Source: a bacterium | Lineage (GTDB): Bacteria; UBA8248 | Assembly: GCA_965213625.1 (NCBI GenBank) | Contig: CBDBZU010000004.1 | Span: 1,824,001 to 1,888,000, forward strand | Direction of reading: 5' to 3' | DNA: 64,000 nucleotides | Shown: one piece after another, positions 19,130 to 29,067 of the stretch | Position numbering within the stretch: the first letter of the stretch is position 1 | Layout: the number at the start of each line of letters is the position of its first letter | Notes under the pieces: generated by a model | What the model saw: only the letters and a program-made list of their open reading frames with translations | Told to the model about the DNA's origin: nothing | Database searches by the model: none | Program-made: the position numbers and the translations under genes

Positions 19130-19819
19130 CTATAGTTTCCCGGCCTCGGGGCCGGACCATTCTTCGTCGCTCAAAACGTCCTTGTGGACCACGTCTTCCT
19201 CGACGGAAGAGACCACGTCCTTGGCGACCTGCTCATACCAGTCGGCCACGTCTTTGGGGTAGTCCGTGTGGCTGGGGAGGTCCTTGATGAGGGGGCCTTC
19301 CACGGAGGGAATGTCGCTTACGCCGTCGAACTCCTGGGAATATACCCGCCCTTTCCGCGCGGCGAATTCCTTGTCGATCGTGGCGTCAAGCTTGAGCCAC
19401 TTGCCGTCGAGATACGCCTCACCCAGCGAGTGCCACGGCAGCTTGCGGTCGCCCCATATCTTGGCGACCTCCTCGTTCATGAATGGCTTGTCGGGGCAAT
19501 GAAGCTGCTGGAAGCCGATGCGCGAGGGGATGCCAGAGGCCCGGCACAGGGCGGCGAACATGCTGGCCTTGCCCATGCAGAACGCCTTGCCGTTGTTGAG
19601 CACGTCGCTCGCCTGGCGTTTTCCCTCCGCGAGGTAGCGGAAAGCGTCGAGAATGTCGTAGGGAAAATCCCGGACGAAATAATAGATATTGCCGAGTTTT
19701 TCCTTCTCGTCCGCGCAGCCGTCGGTGAGTTCTTCGGCTTTCGAGACGATGTCGGGATTGTCCGAATCGATGAATTCGGTGGGTTTCAGGTAATCGGCCA
19801 TTTCCTGGTGTTCGTTCAT
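19130..19819 (-). CDS. transglutaminase-like cysteine protease family protein
   Basis: FCMGKA (Cys), RASGIPSR, WHS (His), WLKLDAT (Asp). Confidence 0.85.
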   Translation of the reverse strand: MNEHQEMADYLKPTEFIDSDNPDIVSKAEELTDGCADEKEKLGNIYYFVRDFPYDILDAFRYLAEGKRQASDVLNNGKAFCMGKASMFAALCRASGIPSRIGFQQLHCPDKPFMNEEVAKIWGDRKLPWHSLGEAYLDGKWLKLDATIDKEFAARKGRVYSQEFDGVSDIPSVEGPLIKDLPSHTDYPKDVADWYEQVAKDVVSSVEEDVVHKDVLSDEEWSGPEAGKL

Positions 19820-19849
19820 TGGAAAATCTCCCTGCTCGATGAGAGGGCC

Positions 19850-20857
19850 TCAGCCCCCGTTCGACAGATTTCTGACCTCGGGAAGAATCTCCTCTCCCGC
19901 GAGGCGAAGCATATCCATTTTGGCGACGTCGGGGATCGTATACAGAAAATGCCTGACGCCCGCGTCAACGTATTCCATCATTCGTTCAACGCATTCCTTT
20001 GGTGCGCCCGCGATTATACCCGTTTGGGGAATGGCGGCAAATCGCTTTTTTTCGGCCTCAATCCGCGCGCGGTCATGGCTCGGCAAAAGCAGGCACATCA
20101 AGGAGCGCCGGAACGCTTCGGGGTCGCGGCCCGCCTCCGCGCAGTTGGCGTCGATCTCGTCTTTCCGTTCGAGATAGCGCTCCGGCGGCCACCAGCGCAC
20201 GTTGAAGCCATCGGCATGCCTCGCCGCGGCGCGAAGGACTTTCTTCCCCTCTCCGCCGATCCAAATCGGGGGCGAGGGCTTCTGCACCGGCGGTGGATCG
20301 CACACCGCGCCTTTTATCGTGTAGTGCTCTCCCTCGAACGTAGGGTTGGGCTCCGTCCATATCTTGCGGATCAGCTGAACCGCCTCTTCCATCTGGGCGA
20401 TGCGGACCGAAGCCCTCGGGAAGGGAATGCCGTACGCCTCGTATTCCTCCTGCATCCAGCCCGCGCCGAGGCCCAGATCGAGCCGCCCGCCGCTTATGTG
20501 ATCGAGCGTCGCGCCCATCTTCGCCAGCACCGAGGGGATGCGGTAGGAGTTACTGAGAACGCTGGTGCCCAGGCGGAGTTTGCTCGTGACCTGGGAGAGG
20601 GCGCTGAGCGCCGTCCAGGTTTCGAGCAGGGGGATGGAGCCCGAGCCGACGCCTTCTGAATCCCCGTCATCTTCAAAGCCGGCGTCTTTGGCGTACGAAC
20701 TCGGGTCGAGCGTCAGGAAGTGGTCGCAGAGCCATACCGAATCGAAATCCAGCCTCTCCGCCTCCTGGGCCACCGATTTCATGTCCTCGAAGTTACCGAC
20801 GGCGAGCCCCCGGATGGTCAGGGCCATGATCAAACCGAATTCAACACGGGGGTTCAT
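19850..20857 (-). CDS. LLM-class (probably F420-dependent) oxidoreductase
   Basis: WLCDH, TLDHISGGRLDLGLGAGW, PPIWIGG. Confidence 0.9.
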   Translation of the reverse strand: MNPRVEFGLIMALTIRGLAVGNFEDMKSVAQEAERLDFDSVWLCDHFLTLDPSSYAKDAGFEDDGDSEGVGSGSIPLLETWTALSALSQVTSKLRLGTSVLSNSYRIPSVLAKMGATLDHISGGRLDLGLGAGWMQEEYEAYGIPFPRASVRIAQMEEAVQLIRKIWTEPNPTFEGEHYTIKGAVCDPPPVQKPSPPIWIGGEGKKVLRAAARHADGFNVRWWPPERYLERKDEIDANCAEAGRDPEAFRRSLMCLLLPSHDRARIEAEKKRFAAIPQTGIIAGAPKECVERMMEYVDAGVRHFLYTIPDVAKMDMLRLAGEEILPEVRNLSNGG

Positions 20858-20896
20858 ACAGAATCCTCCTCGTTTCCACTTAAGGAAAAATTAATA

Positions 20897-21598
20897 TCAA
20901 ACGGCCAGATAGCGCGACTTCAGTTCCTCGTCCGCTTCGAGCTCGGCCACCGTGCCACCGAAACGCACCCTGCCGTTGTCGATGATGTAGACGCGATCGG
21001 AGAGCCGGCAGGCGAAGCGGGTGTTCTGCTCCACCAGCAATACGGCGATTCCCTCGTCCCTGAGCGTCCCGATCATCTCGCCCACGTCTTTCACGATGGC
21101 CGGCGCGAGGCCTTCGGAGGGTTCGTCGAGCAGGACGAGCTTTGGCGCCCCCATCAACGCGCGGGCGATGGCCAGCATCTGCTGCTCACCGCCGCTGAGC
21201 TCGTTCCCCTTGTGGGTTTTCAATTGCTCAAGCTTGGGGAAAAGACCATATATTCGCTCAAGTGTCCAGCCGCTTGGCCGCTCCAGCTTGAAAGCGCCGA
21301 TTTCGAGATTCTCCTCCACGCTCAGACGGGAGAATATCCTCCTGTCCTCGGGCACGAAACCAACGCCTTTTCTCGCGATCTCATGCGGCTTCAGGCGCTG
21401 CACTTGCTCGCCCAGCCAGCACACGCTCCCCGCCCGGGGAGGCGTCAACCCCATGATGGAGCGGAGCGTCGTCGTCTTGCCAGCGCCGTTCCTGCCGAGG
21501 AGGCTGACCACCTCCCCCTCGGCGATACTCATATCCACGTCGAAAAGAATGTGGCTGTCCCCATAGAACGTATTGATTTTCTCGACGGTGAGAATCAA
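20897..21598 (-). CDS. livF: branched-chain amino acid ABC transporter ATP-binding protein
   Basis: GRNGAGKTT, LSGGEQQM, LLDEPSEG. Confidence 0.92.
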   Translation of the reverse strand: MILTVEKINTFYGDSHILFDVDMSIAEGEVVSLLGRNGAGKTTTLRSIMGLTPPRAGSVCWLGEQVQRLKPHEIARKGVGFVPEDRRIFSRLSVEENLEIGAFKLERPSGWTLERIYGLFPKLEQLKTHKGNELSGGEQQMLAIARALMGAPKLVLLDEPSEGLAPAIVKDVGEMIGTLRDEGIAVLLVEQNTRFACRLSDRVYIIDNGRVRFGGTVAELEADEELKSRYLAV

Positions 21599-22347
21599 AC
21601 CTCTTCCCCCAGGTAGGCGAGGCGAACGAGGTCGTCGTTTCGAATCTCATCCGGCGTTCCCTCTGCGATGATGCTCCCCTGGTGTAAGACGGATATGCGA
21701 TCGGCAATCGAGAAAACCACGCTCATGTCGTGCTCCGTAAAGACGACCGTTTTATCGGCGGATATCTTTTTTACGAGATCGATGGTGCTCGACGTCTCCT
21801 CGATCGACATACCGGCCGTCGGCTCATCGAGCAGGATCAACCGGGGTTCCAAAGCGAGCGTGATGCCGAGTTCCAGGTTTCTTCTCTCCCCGTGGCCGAG
21901 TTCGGTGGTCGGGTGATGCGCCTTGTGGCCGAGTTCCACCTCGCCGAGTATCACGAGAGCCTCGTCCTGCTCTTCTGTGTGCTTCTCGATGGGGGAGAAC
22001 ATATCCAGCGTCTTACCCCGTCTCGCCAGAACGGCGATGCGCACGTTGTCCAGAACCGAGAGCCGGGGAAAAATGTTCGTGATCTGAAAAGAACGGCCCA
22101 CCCCTTTTTTCACCACGGCGTGCGGCGGATACCCGGTAATGTCCTCCCCCTCGAAGAAAACGCCGCCGGAAGTCGGCTCGAGCTTCCCTGAGATCAGGTT
22201 GAAGAAGGTGGTCTTCCCCGCTCCGTTGGGTCCGATGACGGCGCACAACTCTCCTGCCGGAACCTGAAAGTCCACCTCGTTCACCGCCAGAAGCGAACCG
22301 AACGACTTGGTGAGAGCCTTGGTCTCAAGTACGGGGGTCGTCGCCAT
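21595..22347 (-). CDS. livG: branched-chain amino acid ABC transporter ATP-binding protein
   Basis: GPNGAGKTT, LLDEPTAG, C-terminal AYLG. Confidence 0.92.
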   Translation of the reverse strand: MATTPVLETKALTKSFGSLLAVNEVDFQVPAGELCAVIGPNGAGKTTFFNLISGKLEPTSGGVFFEGEDITGYPPHAVVKKGVGRSFQITNIFPRLSVLDNVRIAVLARRGKTLDMFSPIEKHTEEQDEALVILGEVELGHKAHHPTTELGHGERRNLELGITLALEPRLILLDEPTAGMSIEETSSTIDLVKKISADKTVVFTEHDMSVVFSIADRISVLHQGSIIAEGTPDEIRNDDLVRLAYLGEEV

Positions 22348-23353
22348 CGTTTCCGCCAATCGATAACTGGTAGGCCCACTCCTCGAAGAATCCCAGGATT
22401 CCGCCGGGGAGGAACAGGACCAGGAGCACCAGAATGCCGCCGACGACGATTCTCCAGTACTCCATGAAGTTCAATACCGTATCCCGGATGAACAGGAGCA
22501 TCCCCGCGCCGAATGCGGGTCCTAAGAAAGAATACATGCCGCCCAGGATCGTCATCAGAACGATCTCGCCCGATTGGGTCCAGTAGAGCAGATCGGGTGA
22601 AATATAGCCCTGAAATGTCGAGTATAGGCCGCCTGCGAAACCGCCTAAGGTCCCGGCGATGATGAATGCGTACAACTTGTACCTGTGCACGGGCAGGCCG
22701 ATGAATTCCACGCGCTCGGGGTTTTCCCGGATGGCCTGCAGCACCCTGCCGAATGGGGAATTGGCGATTTTCCACGCCAAATAAATAAAGGCCGCCACGA
22801 TGATGAGTACGAAATAATAAAAGTTCGTGAACGATTCCAGGGATATGCTGAAGGCGCCCGGAATCCCTATCTCGGGTTTGGGGATGCCGAGCATCCCGTC
22901 GTCCCCGCCGGTGACGTCGCGCCAGTAGTAGGCGACGGTGTAGACGACTTGTGAGAACGCGAGCGTCAGCATGGCGAAATAAAGCCCCGCCAGGCGCACA
23001 CAGAAAACACCCATGAACCAGGCGAGAAGGGCGCAAGACGCGCCCGCCGCAATCAAGCCGGCCCACATGGAGGGATACACGTTCTTCGTCAGCAGGGCGA
23101 AGGCGTAGGCGCCGACGCCCAGATAGACCGCATGTCCGAGGGAGACGAGGCCGGTAAAGCCGATCAAAAAATTCAGGCTGATGGCGAGCAGGCTCGCGAT
23201 GAGAATTTCCGTGCAAAGCTGGATGTAATAATCATTCTGGACGAGGAAAGGCGCGAGAATGGCCAGGGCGAGCAGGACCGTGACGCCGAAGCGGTTGGGA
23301 ATGCGCTCCACGAGGCGGCTCAAGAAATTTTTTCCGCGCGCTATATCATTCAT
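22325..23353 (-). CDS. livM: branched-chain amino acid ABC transporter permease
   Basis: GFTGLVSLGH, TGGDDG, SPFGRVLQAIREN. Confidence 0.9.
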   Translation of the reverse strand: MNDIARGKNFLSRLVERIPNRFGVTVLLALAILAPFLVQNDYYIQLCTEILIASLLAISLNFLIGFTGLVSLGHAVYLGVGAYAFALLTKNVYPSMWAGLIAAGASCALLAWFMGVFCVRLAGLYFAMLTLAFSQVVYTVAYYWRDVTGGDDGMLGIPKPEIGIPGAFSISLESFTNFYYFVLIIVAAFIYLAWKIANSPFGRVLQAIRENPERVEFIGLPVHRYKLYAFIIAGTLGGFAGGLYSTFQGYISPDLLYWTQSGEIVLMTILGGMYSFLGPAFGAGMLLFIRDTVLNFMEYWRIVVGGILVLLVLFLPGGILGFFEEWAYQLSIGGNDGDDPRT

Positions 23354-23369
23354 GGGTTTTTCCAAGTCC

Positions 23370-24251
23370 CTAAATCGTCGTTTCGCCGAACAGACCGCGG
23401 GGTCTCAGGATCAGAATTGGCAATACGAGCGCGTAGATGAAAATCATCGCGAAATTCTCGAGAATTTCGATGCCGAACGCCTTGAGCATCCCGATGAGCA
23501 CCGCGCCCACGAACGCGCCCAGATAACTCCCCATCCCCCCGATGATGACGACGATGAAGGATTCGATGATGATCTCCACCCCCATGCCGGGCTCGACGCT
23601 TCTCATGGGCGCGGCCAGGATGCCGCCCAGGCTCGCGAGCCAGGCGCCCAGGGCGAATACGCCGGTGAATACCCGGTTCACGTTGACACCCAGGGCGTCC
23701 AGCATCTCGCTGTCAGTGGCGGCGGCGCGGATGAGTTTCCCGAAATTCGTCCGGTTCAGAATGAACCACAGGAAAACGCCCAACAGCGGGCCGACCGCGA
23801 TGATGAAGAGAAAATACACGGGATAACTGAAATCCCCGATGGTGAGCCGTCCCTCGAACAGCGCGGGGATGGGAACGGACTTGTAATCTCGGCCCCAAAT
23901 CAGCAGAACCAGATCGTCGAGAATGAGGGTGAAGCCATAGGTCAAAAGCAGGGTGTAGAGTCTTTCGCGGCCATAGAGGGGGCGCAGGCAGAACGCTTCG
24001 ATGATGGTCGCGAACCCCGCCACCACGAGGGGCGCCAGAAGCAGGCCCACCCAGAACCAGCTTGGGTTCTTGATGATGGAACTCGAGAAAATCAGAAAAG
24101 CGCCCAGCATATAGAACGAACCATGGGCCAGGTTCAGGACACCCAGCACGCCTAAGAGAATCGTCAGGCCCGATGCGATCAGGAAGAGAACCATCGCGTT
24201 GGCCAACCCGTTCAGAAACTGGGTCAACCAGAAACTGACGTCCAATTCCAT
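23370..24251 (-). CDS. livH: branched-chain amino acid ABC transporter permease
   Basis: GVLNLAHG, FGKLIRA, IIGGMGS, RPRGLFG. Confidence 0.9.
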   Translation of the reverse strand: MELDVSFWLTQFLNGLANAMVLFLIASGLTILLGVLGVLNLAHGSFYMLGAFLIFSSSIIKNPSWFWVGLLLAPLVVAGFATIIEAFCLRPLYGRERLYTLLLTYGFTLILDDLVLLIWGRDYKSVPIPALFEGRLTIGDFSYPVYFLFIIAVGPLLGVFLWFILNRTNFGKLIRAAATDSEMLDALGVNVNRVFTGVFALGAWLASLGGILAAPMRSVEPGMGVEIIIESFIVVIIGGMGSYLGAFVGAVLIGMLKAFGIEILENFAMIFIYALVLPILILRPRGLFGETTI

Positions 24252-24282
24252 GCGCCCGGGCCTCCAGAAATGAGTGAAACGA

Positions 24283-24306
24283 CGCCCCGGAAACTCCCCG
24301 GGGCGC
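24283..24306 (-). terminator. intergenic hairpin after livK (stabiliser or attenuator)
   Basis: CGCCCCGG/CCGGGGCG inverted repeat. Confidence 0.45.
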
Positions 24307-24327
24307 CTGTGGCTTCACGCGCGATAT

Positions 24328-25548
24328 TTATTTCCGGCAGCCCTGGCCCGTGCTCTCGTCGGGGTGAGAACCCTCGACGGGAGATATCACCTGAATGTTC
24401 GAGAGAACCGGGAATGGGTAATTCTTGCTCTTTGAGATGACGCCCCAGAAGCTGGACTGCCAGCCCTGGTGATCGGAGGGGCGCATGATGATCCATCCCT
24501 CGGGCGAGTTGAAGGCGACGCCGCCCATGGCGTCAATCGCTTTTTCCTTATCCACGGCGCCCGCGCGGCGGATGGACTCCGCAATCACGTGGACGGTCGA
24601 ATACGCCTCGCCGGCAGTCATGTCCGGATAGACGTTGTACGCCTTGCGGAAGTTGTCCACGAAGCGCTTGTTGCCCGCGGAAACCGGATAGTTGTGCAGA
24701 TAGCGCGAACTCGCCCAGTGCCCGAACGGCGCCTGATCCCCAAGCGCTTTGAGCACGACGTGGTTGCCGCCGAAATCGGTGAAAATCTTCACTTTTTCAT
24801 ACATGCCGAAGGAGCGCGCCTGCTTCATGAACTTGATGAGGTCGGCCCCGAACAGGCCGACGAAAATCGCATCCGGCTTCGCCTTCTGCATCTTGTTGAT
24901 GTAGGCGGAATAATCGTTCTCGCCCAGCTTCGGCCATGCCGCATAAGGGCGTTTCGCACCCGGGTCGCGTTCTTTGAGATAGTTCCAGAACTGGCGGACG
25001 ACGGAGCGGCCGTACGAGAAATCGGAAGATATCGTCGCCCACTTCTTCAAACCCAGACGGTGGGCGATGACGGCGCCCGCGCGGGAGGTCTGCTGCGCGC
25101 TGCTCCCTACGCGCCAAGTGTAGCGGCTGCAGAATTTCGTGTTGATCTCCTCGGTCGCCGCCCAGGGGAAATTCATCGTCTTGAGTTTTTTCGATTCCTG
25201 AAGCACGGCGATGGCCGCTCCCCCGTGCAGCGGGCCGAGCAGGGCGAAGACCTTATCGCGCAGAATCAGACGCCTCGCCGTGCGCACCGAACTCGCAGGA
25301 TTTGTTTCCGAGTCGCGGATCAGCGCTTCGAACTTGTGGCCCAGGACGCCGCCCGCGTCGTTGATCTCCTTGACGGCCATGTTGATGCCCTGGCTCGTCC
25401 GTTTTCCCACGATGGAGTAGAGGCCCGTGAGCGGAGAGAGAACGCCTATCTTGATGGTTTTCGCCGCGAACGATGTGGACGCGCTCAATAAGCCAATCGC
25501 CAGGATCATCGCCCCGGCAAATAATGCTTTTTTCCTGAAACCGGACAT
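24328..25548 (-). CDS. livK: branched-chain amino acid ABC transporter substrate-binding protein
   Basis: Signal peptide, IKIGVLSPLTG, EINDAGGVLG. Confidence 0.9.
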   Translation of the reverse strand: MSGFRKKALFAGAMILAIGLLSASTSFAAKTIKIGVLSPLTGLYSIVGKRTSQGINMAVKEINDAGGVLGHKFEALIRDSETNPASSVRTARRLILRDKVFALLGPLHGGAAIAVLQESKKLKTMNFPWAATEEINTKFCSRYTWRVGSSAQQTSRAGAVIAHRLGLKKWATISSDFSYGRSVVRQFWNYLKERDPGAKRPYAAWPKLGENDYSAYINKMQKAKPDAIFVGLFGADLIKFMKQARSFGMYEKVKIFTDFGGNHVVLKALGDQAPFGHWASSRYLHNYPVSAGNKRFVDNFRKAYNVYPDMTAGEAYSTVHVIAESIRRAGAVDKEKAIDAMGGVAFNSPEGWIIMRPSDHQGWQSSFWGVISKSKNYPFPVLSNIQVISPVEGSHPDESTGQGCRK

Positions 25549-25900
25549 GAGAAGCCCCCCCTTGAAGATGGAAACATACGAATCCGAACGGCCGGAATCA
25601 GACCCCTCCGGGAGCGGAAACCGGACGTCAGAGTAATTTTATTTTCACCGTGAAGGGCAGGTTAGATGAGCCTCGATTCAGGGTCAAGGCCCAAGTTTTT
25701 CGCTTCGGACCATTGTCCATGCGATAGCGGCCGAGACGACGCGCCGCCCGGCTGCGCAGGTGCGCCAATGAATTCGTTTTCGGTTTGACGGCATCTTCGA
25801 AAGGACGGGTTTCGACCGAGATTCGAAACTGGAAATCTACGTTATCATTCCTATCCGATACCGGGGTTTACGGCCGATGAATGCTGTTTGAGCAGTTTTT

Positions 25901-26024
25901 AATTTCGATAAATATCGATAAATTCACGGGGTTATTCGATAAATTTCCATAAATTTTCGAGGGGAATTGCGGGGATTTGCGGGGAAATGCGGGTGCGGAA
26001 TGCGGGCAAATGCGGGCAAATGCG
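25901..26024. repeat. two adjacent arrays with about 10-bp period (TCGATAAAT x4; TGCGGG-type x6)
   Basis: TCGATAAAT at 25905, 25915, 25936 and variant at 25946; then GGGGAATTGC GGGGATTTGC GGGGAAATGC GGG... Confidence 0.7.
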
Positions 26025-26035
26025 CGTGATGGAGA

Positions 26036-27100
26036 CTAGGAAACCCCACCGAGACAGGGAGAGACCTCCCGGATGAAGCGTTCGGCCACGGCGCGCCAGC
26101 TGTAAGCGGCTGCGCGATTGGTTCCGCGGCGGCCCAGCTCTTCGCGCAAGGCGTTGTTTTTCAACAGTTTGATAAGCGCATCTGCGAGAGTGGCCTCATC
26201 ACCGGGGGGTGTCAGCAAAACGCCCGCATCGCCCACAACCTCCGGCGCCGCCGCGACGTCGAGCGCCACCACGGGCAGACCCGCCGCCATGGCTTCGAGA
26301 TATGCGATGCCGAAGCCCTCCTGCAGCGACGGCAGGCAGAAAACGTCCGCGCCCGCGTACTCACGGCGCACAGCCTCATCGTCGGGCACCTCACCCAAAA
26401 GCGTTACAGCGTTCTCCAGGCCTAGCCTAAGTATCTGTTCTTCAAGGCTTTTTAAAGACGGCCCGCCGCCCACGACGCGCAGCTTCGCATCGGTCACAGC
26501 CGCGAGTACCTTCGGCATGGCCTGGATAAGGCTTTTGGTGTTCTTCCTGGGGTATTGCCGCGCCACAGAGAGAATGGTGTGGCCTGAAGGGCGCTTTGTC
26601 TCGCGAACACACACCCAATGAGCCGGATGAATACCGTTTCCCACGACGCCGACTTTTTCCGCTGGTAGTTCGTACGCCTCGCAGGCTACGCCCCGACTGT
26701 ATTCGCTGGTGACGATGACCCTGTCGGCGCGTTGCGCGTTGGCTCGTTCGAGATGGGAGAGCGCGCGCAAGTACTGACGTGGCGCGCCGCGTTCGAACCG
26801 CATCTCATCGGCCGAAATTCCGTGCAGATAGACGATAAAGGGAACATTGAGACTCAAATCGAAGCCGTCGATGTCGAATCCCATGATGAGGTCAAAATCA
26901 TCGGATGATACGCGCTCTTTCAATTCGAGATTGTACAGAAGCCTTTGAAGCAGAAGGCTAGACGCACGCTCGTTCGGGCCGATGATATCCACCGTATGCC
27001 CGATTGCTTCCAACCCGTCCGCAAGACCTGTGATGGCCGCCGCCGTGCCCGAGCCTTTCGCGATATCGAGGGTCCAGGAGTTCAAAAAAGCAATCCGCAA
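26036..27100 (-). CDS. glycosyltransferase family 4
   Basis: PRKN, FCLPSLQEGFGIAYLEAMAAGLPVV. Confidence 0.92.
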   Translation of the reverse strand: MRIAFLNSWTLDIAKGSGTAAAITGLADGLEAIGHTVDIIGPNERASSLLLQRLLYNLELKERVSSDDFDLIMGFDIDGFDLSLNVPFIVYLHGISADEMRFERGAPRQYLRALSHLERANAQRADRVIVTSEYSRGVACEAYELPAEKVGVVGNGIHPAHWVCVRETKRPSGHTILSVARQYPRKNTKSLIQAMPKVLAAVTDAKLRVVGGGPSLKSLEEQILRLGLENAVTLLGEVPDDEAVRREYAGADVFCLPSLQEGFGIAYLEAMAAGLPVVALDVAAAPEVVGDAGVLLTPPGDEATLADALIKLLKNNALREELGRRGTNRAAAYSWRAVAERFIREVSPCLGGVS

Positions 27101-27116
27101 ACTTTTCTTCCCCCCT

Positions 27117-27151
27117 CAAAATAAAGGAGGGCGCAATCCTGCGCCCTCTAC
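27117..27151 (-). terminator. putative intrinsic terminator (GTAG-REP-like hairpin) after the pterin dehydratase gene
   Basis: AGGGCGCA/TGCGCCCT stem followed by TTTATTTT on the minus strand. Confidence 0.55.
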
Positions 27152-27180
27152 AATATGTACCTACGATAAGGTTGCGCTCG

Positions 27181-27513
27181 TTACAGCACTTGATCCGATT
27201 TTGCTGCGAAGACGAAATCGCTCTCCGTCAAGCCGTCGATCTTGTGTGTCCACACGGTGACTTTTACCTTCCCCCACGCCAGGTAGATGTCGGGATGATG
27301 GCCCTGCGCTTCGGCCATCTCGCCTACGCGATTCGTGAAATCGAGCGCCGTCTGGAAATCGGGAAAGCTGTATTCTTTTTCCAGATGGTGTTCATCCACA
27401 ACGCGCCAATCGCCACCCAACTGTTCGTTCAAGGCGGAGAGAGCATCTCCTTTAAGGGGAGGCACGCCTCCTTTGCAAGGCACGCATTCCTTGGCCGCAA
27501 GTTCGCTGCTCAT
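27181..27513 (-). CDS. phhB: pterin-4-alpha-carbinolamine dehydratase
   Basis: AEAQGHHPDI, WTHKIDGLTESDF..AAK. Confidence 0.92.
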   Translation of the reverse strand: MSSELAAKECVPCKGGVPPLKGDALSALNEQLGGDWRVVDEHHLEKEYSFPDFQTALDFTNRVGEMAEAQGHHPDIYLAWGKVKVTVWTHKIDGLTESDFVFAAKSDQVL

Positions 27514-27611
27514 GGATTTTCCACTCCTCTGAATAGATGTTGAAATATCTGTTGTTCACCTCGAAAGGACGCCTCATCATCGCCTCTTTCCCCGAAGGCC
27601 GCAAGGCTGTG

Positions 27612-28793
27612 TCACGCGCACTTGAGGGTGGGCATTACCTCCCGGGCGAACTTCTCCATGCTGGATGCGGCCTTCTTCACGCTCATATTTCCGAAATGAA
27701 AATAAATGACCATACCGCCGAAACCCATCTGTTCTTTTTGCGCCATCAATTCATCGCGCACTTCATCAGCAGTCCCAACAGCCGCCATACCGTTACGCAT
27801 GAGCTGGTCGGGTGTTCTCGCTTCCTCTCCGATCAGGCCTAAGGGTTTTCCCGGCGCATCCGTGGTTTGCCGTTCCGGTGAAACTGGCTCCGGTAAACTG
27901 CCCGGAAAACGGCGTCTGAGTTCCGCCAAAATATCAGGCTGCGCCCCGTAGAGGTTTCGCCAATAATAAGAGAGGGCAGGCCCCGCCTCGTCAATCGCCT
28001 TGGAGCGGGAATCCGCCACGTAAACCTGATGCTCGAGCCAGACGTGTTCCGCTCCCGCCTCCCATCCATAAGCGCGGCATCGCTCGCGGTAAAAGGCCGC
28101 TTTTTCGAGCAAATCCGCAAATGGCCTGTGGCTCAGAACCACGGGGGTCTTCATTCTGGCGCCCCAGTCGAGCGAAGTTTCTGAATCCGCCGGAAAGAGT
28201 ATCGGCGGATGAGGCTTCTGCCAGGGCCGGGTCCAGAGCTGGCAGCGCGGGTAGTGGAAATACTCGCCCTCCCAGTCGAAAGGCTCCGGCTCACTCCAGG
28301 CCTTGACGATGAATTCCCACGCCTCCTGAAATCGTCCGCGGCTTTCGGCCGGGTCCACGTTGTAGGCCAGATACTCCCTGTGCGCCCCGCGCAGGAACCC
28401 GGTCACTATCCTGCCGCCGCTCAGCACGTCGAGCGCCGCTATCTCCTCCGCCACGCGCAATGGCTGGGGGTAGAGCGGCAGGCAATAGCCTAAAATCGCG
28501 ATCTTCGCCCGCTTCGTCCGCGCGGCGATGTGGCCGGCATAAACGCCCGGGGTGGGCATCGAGCCGAAGTGCGTGCCGTGATGTTCATTGAGGCCGATGC
28601 CGTCGATTCCCGCCGCCTCGACGCGCTCCCAGAAGCGAAAATGCTCCTCCCACAAGGCGTGGGCCTTCTTCGCGTCGAATTCCGACGCATCGTGGGGATA
28701 ACTCGTCTTGTCCTTGAGATACGGCCAGGGAATGGTGTCGAAAGAGTAGATTTGCAAGTCTAGAACCTCGCCGGAAGCATAGCCCTCATCCAT
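27612..28793 (-). CDS. LLM-class flavin-dependent oxidoreductase (luciferase-like monooxygenase)
   Basis: LNEHH, PLRVAEEIAALDVLSGGR, PWQKPHPP. Confidence 0.9.
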   Translation of the reverse strand: MDEGYASGEVLDLQIYSFDTIPWPYLKDKTSYPHDASEFDAKKAHALWEEHFRFWERVEAAGIDGIGLNEHHGTHFGSMPTPGVYAGHIAARTKRAKIAILGYCLPLYPQPLRVAEEIAALDVLSGGRIVTGFLRGAHREYLAYNVDPAESRGRFQEAWEFIVKAWSEPEPFDWEGEYFHYPRCQLWTRPWQKPHPPILFPADSETSLDWGARMKTPVVLSHRPFADLLEKAAFYRERCRAYGWEAGAEHVWLEHQVYVADSRSKAIDEAGPALSYYWRNLYGAQPDILAELRRRFPGSLPEPVSPERQTTDAPGKPLGLIGEEARTPDQLMRNGMAAVGTADEVRDELMAQKEQMGFGGMVIYFHFGNMSVKKAASSMEKFAREVMPTLKCA

Positions 28794-29067
28794 CCTCTTT
28801 TAGCACCCTTTCACGCCACTGGAAACGGGAACGCGGCACCCATCAACCGCGCATGAGAATGCGGGTAATTACGGGATAAAACCCGACCTGGGAAGGGGTG
28901 TTTGCCGCCCTTCGCGGACGCAATATAGCGAACTCTGAAAAATTGAGATTACAGCTAATGCGGGGAGATGCGGGGTAAACCCTCAAATGCGCTGGTGGAG
29001 GGAGTTATATTTTCGAATCACCCCCCCTGTGTGTCGTAATTCGACGAAATCCCCCCGCCTCAGTCGT

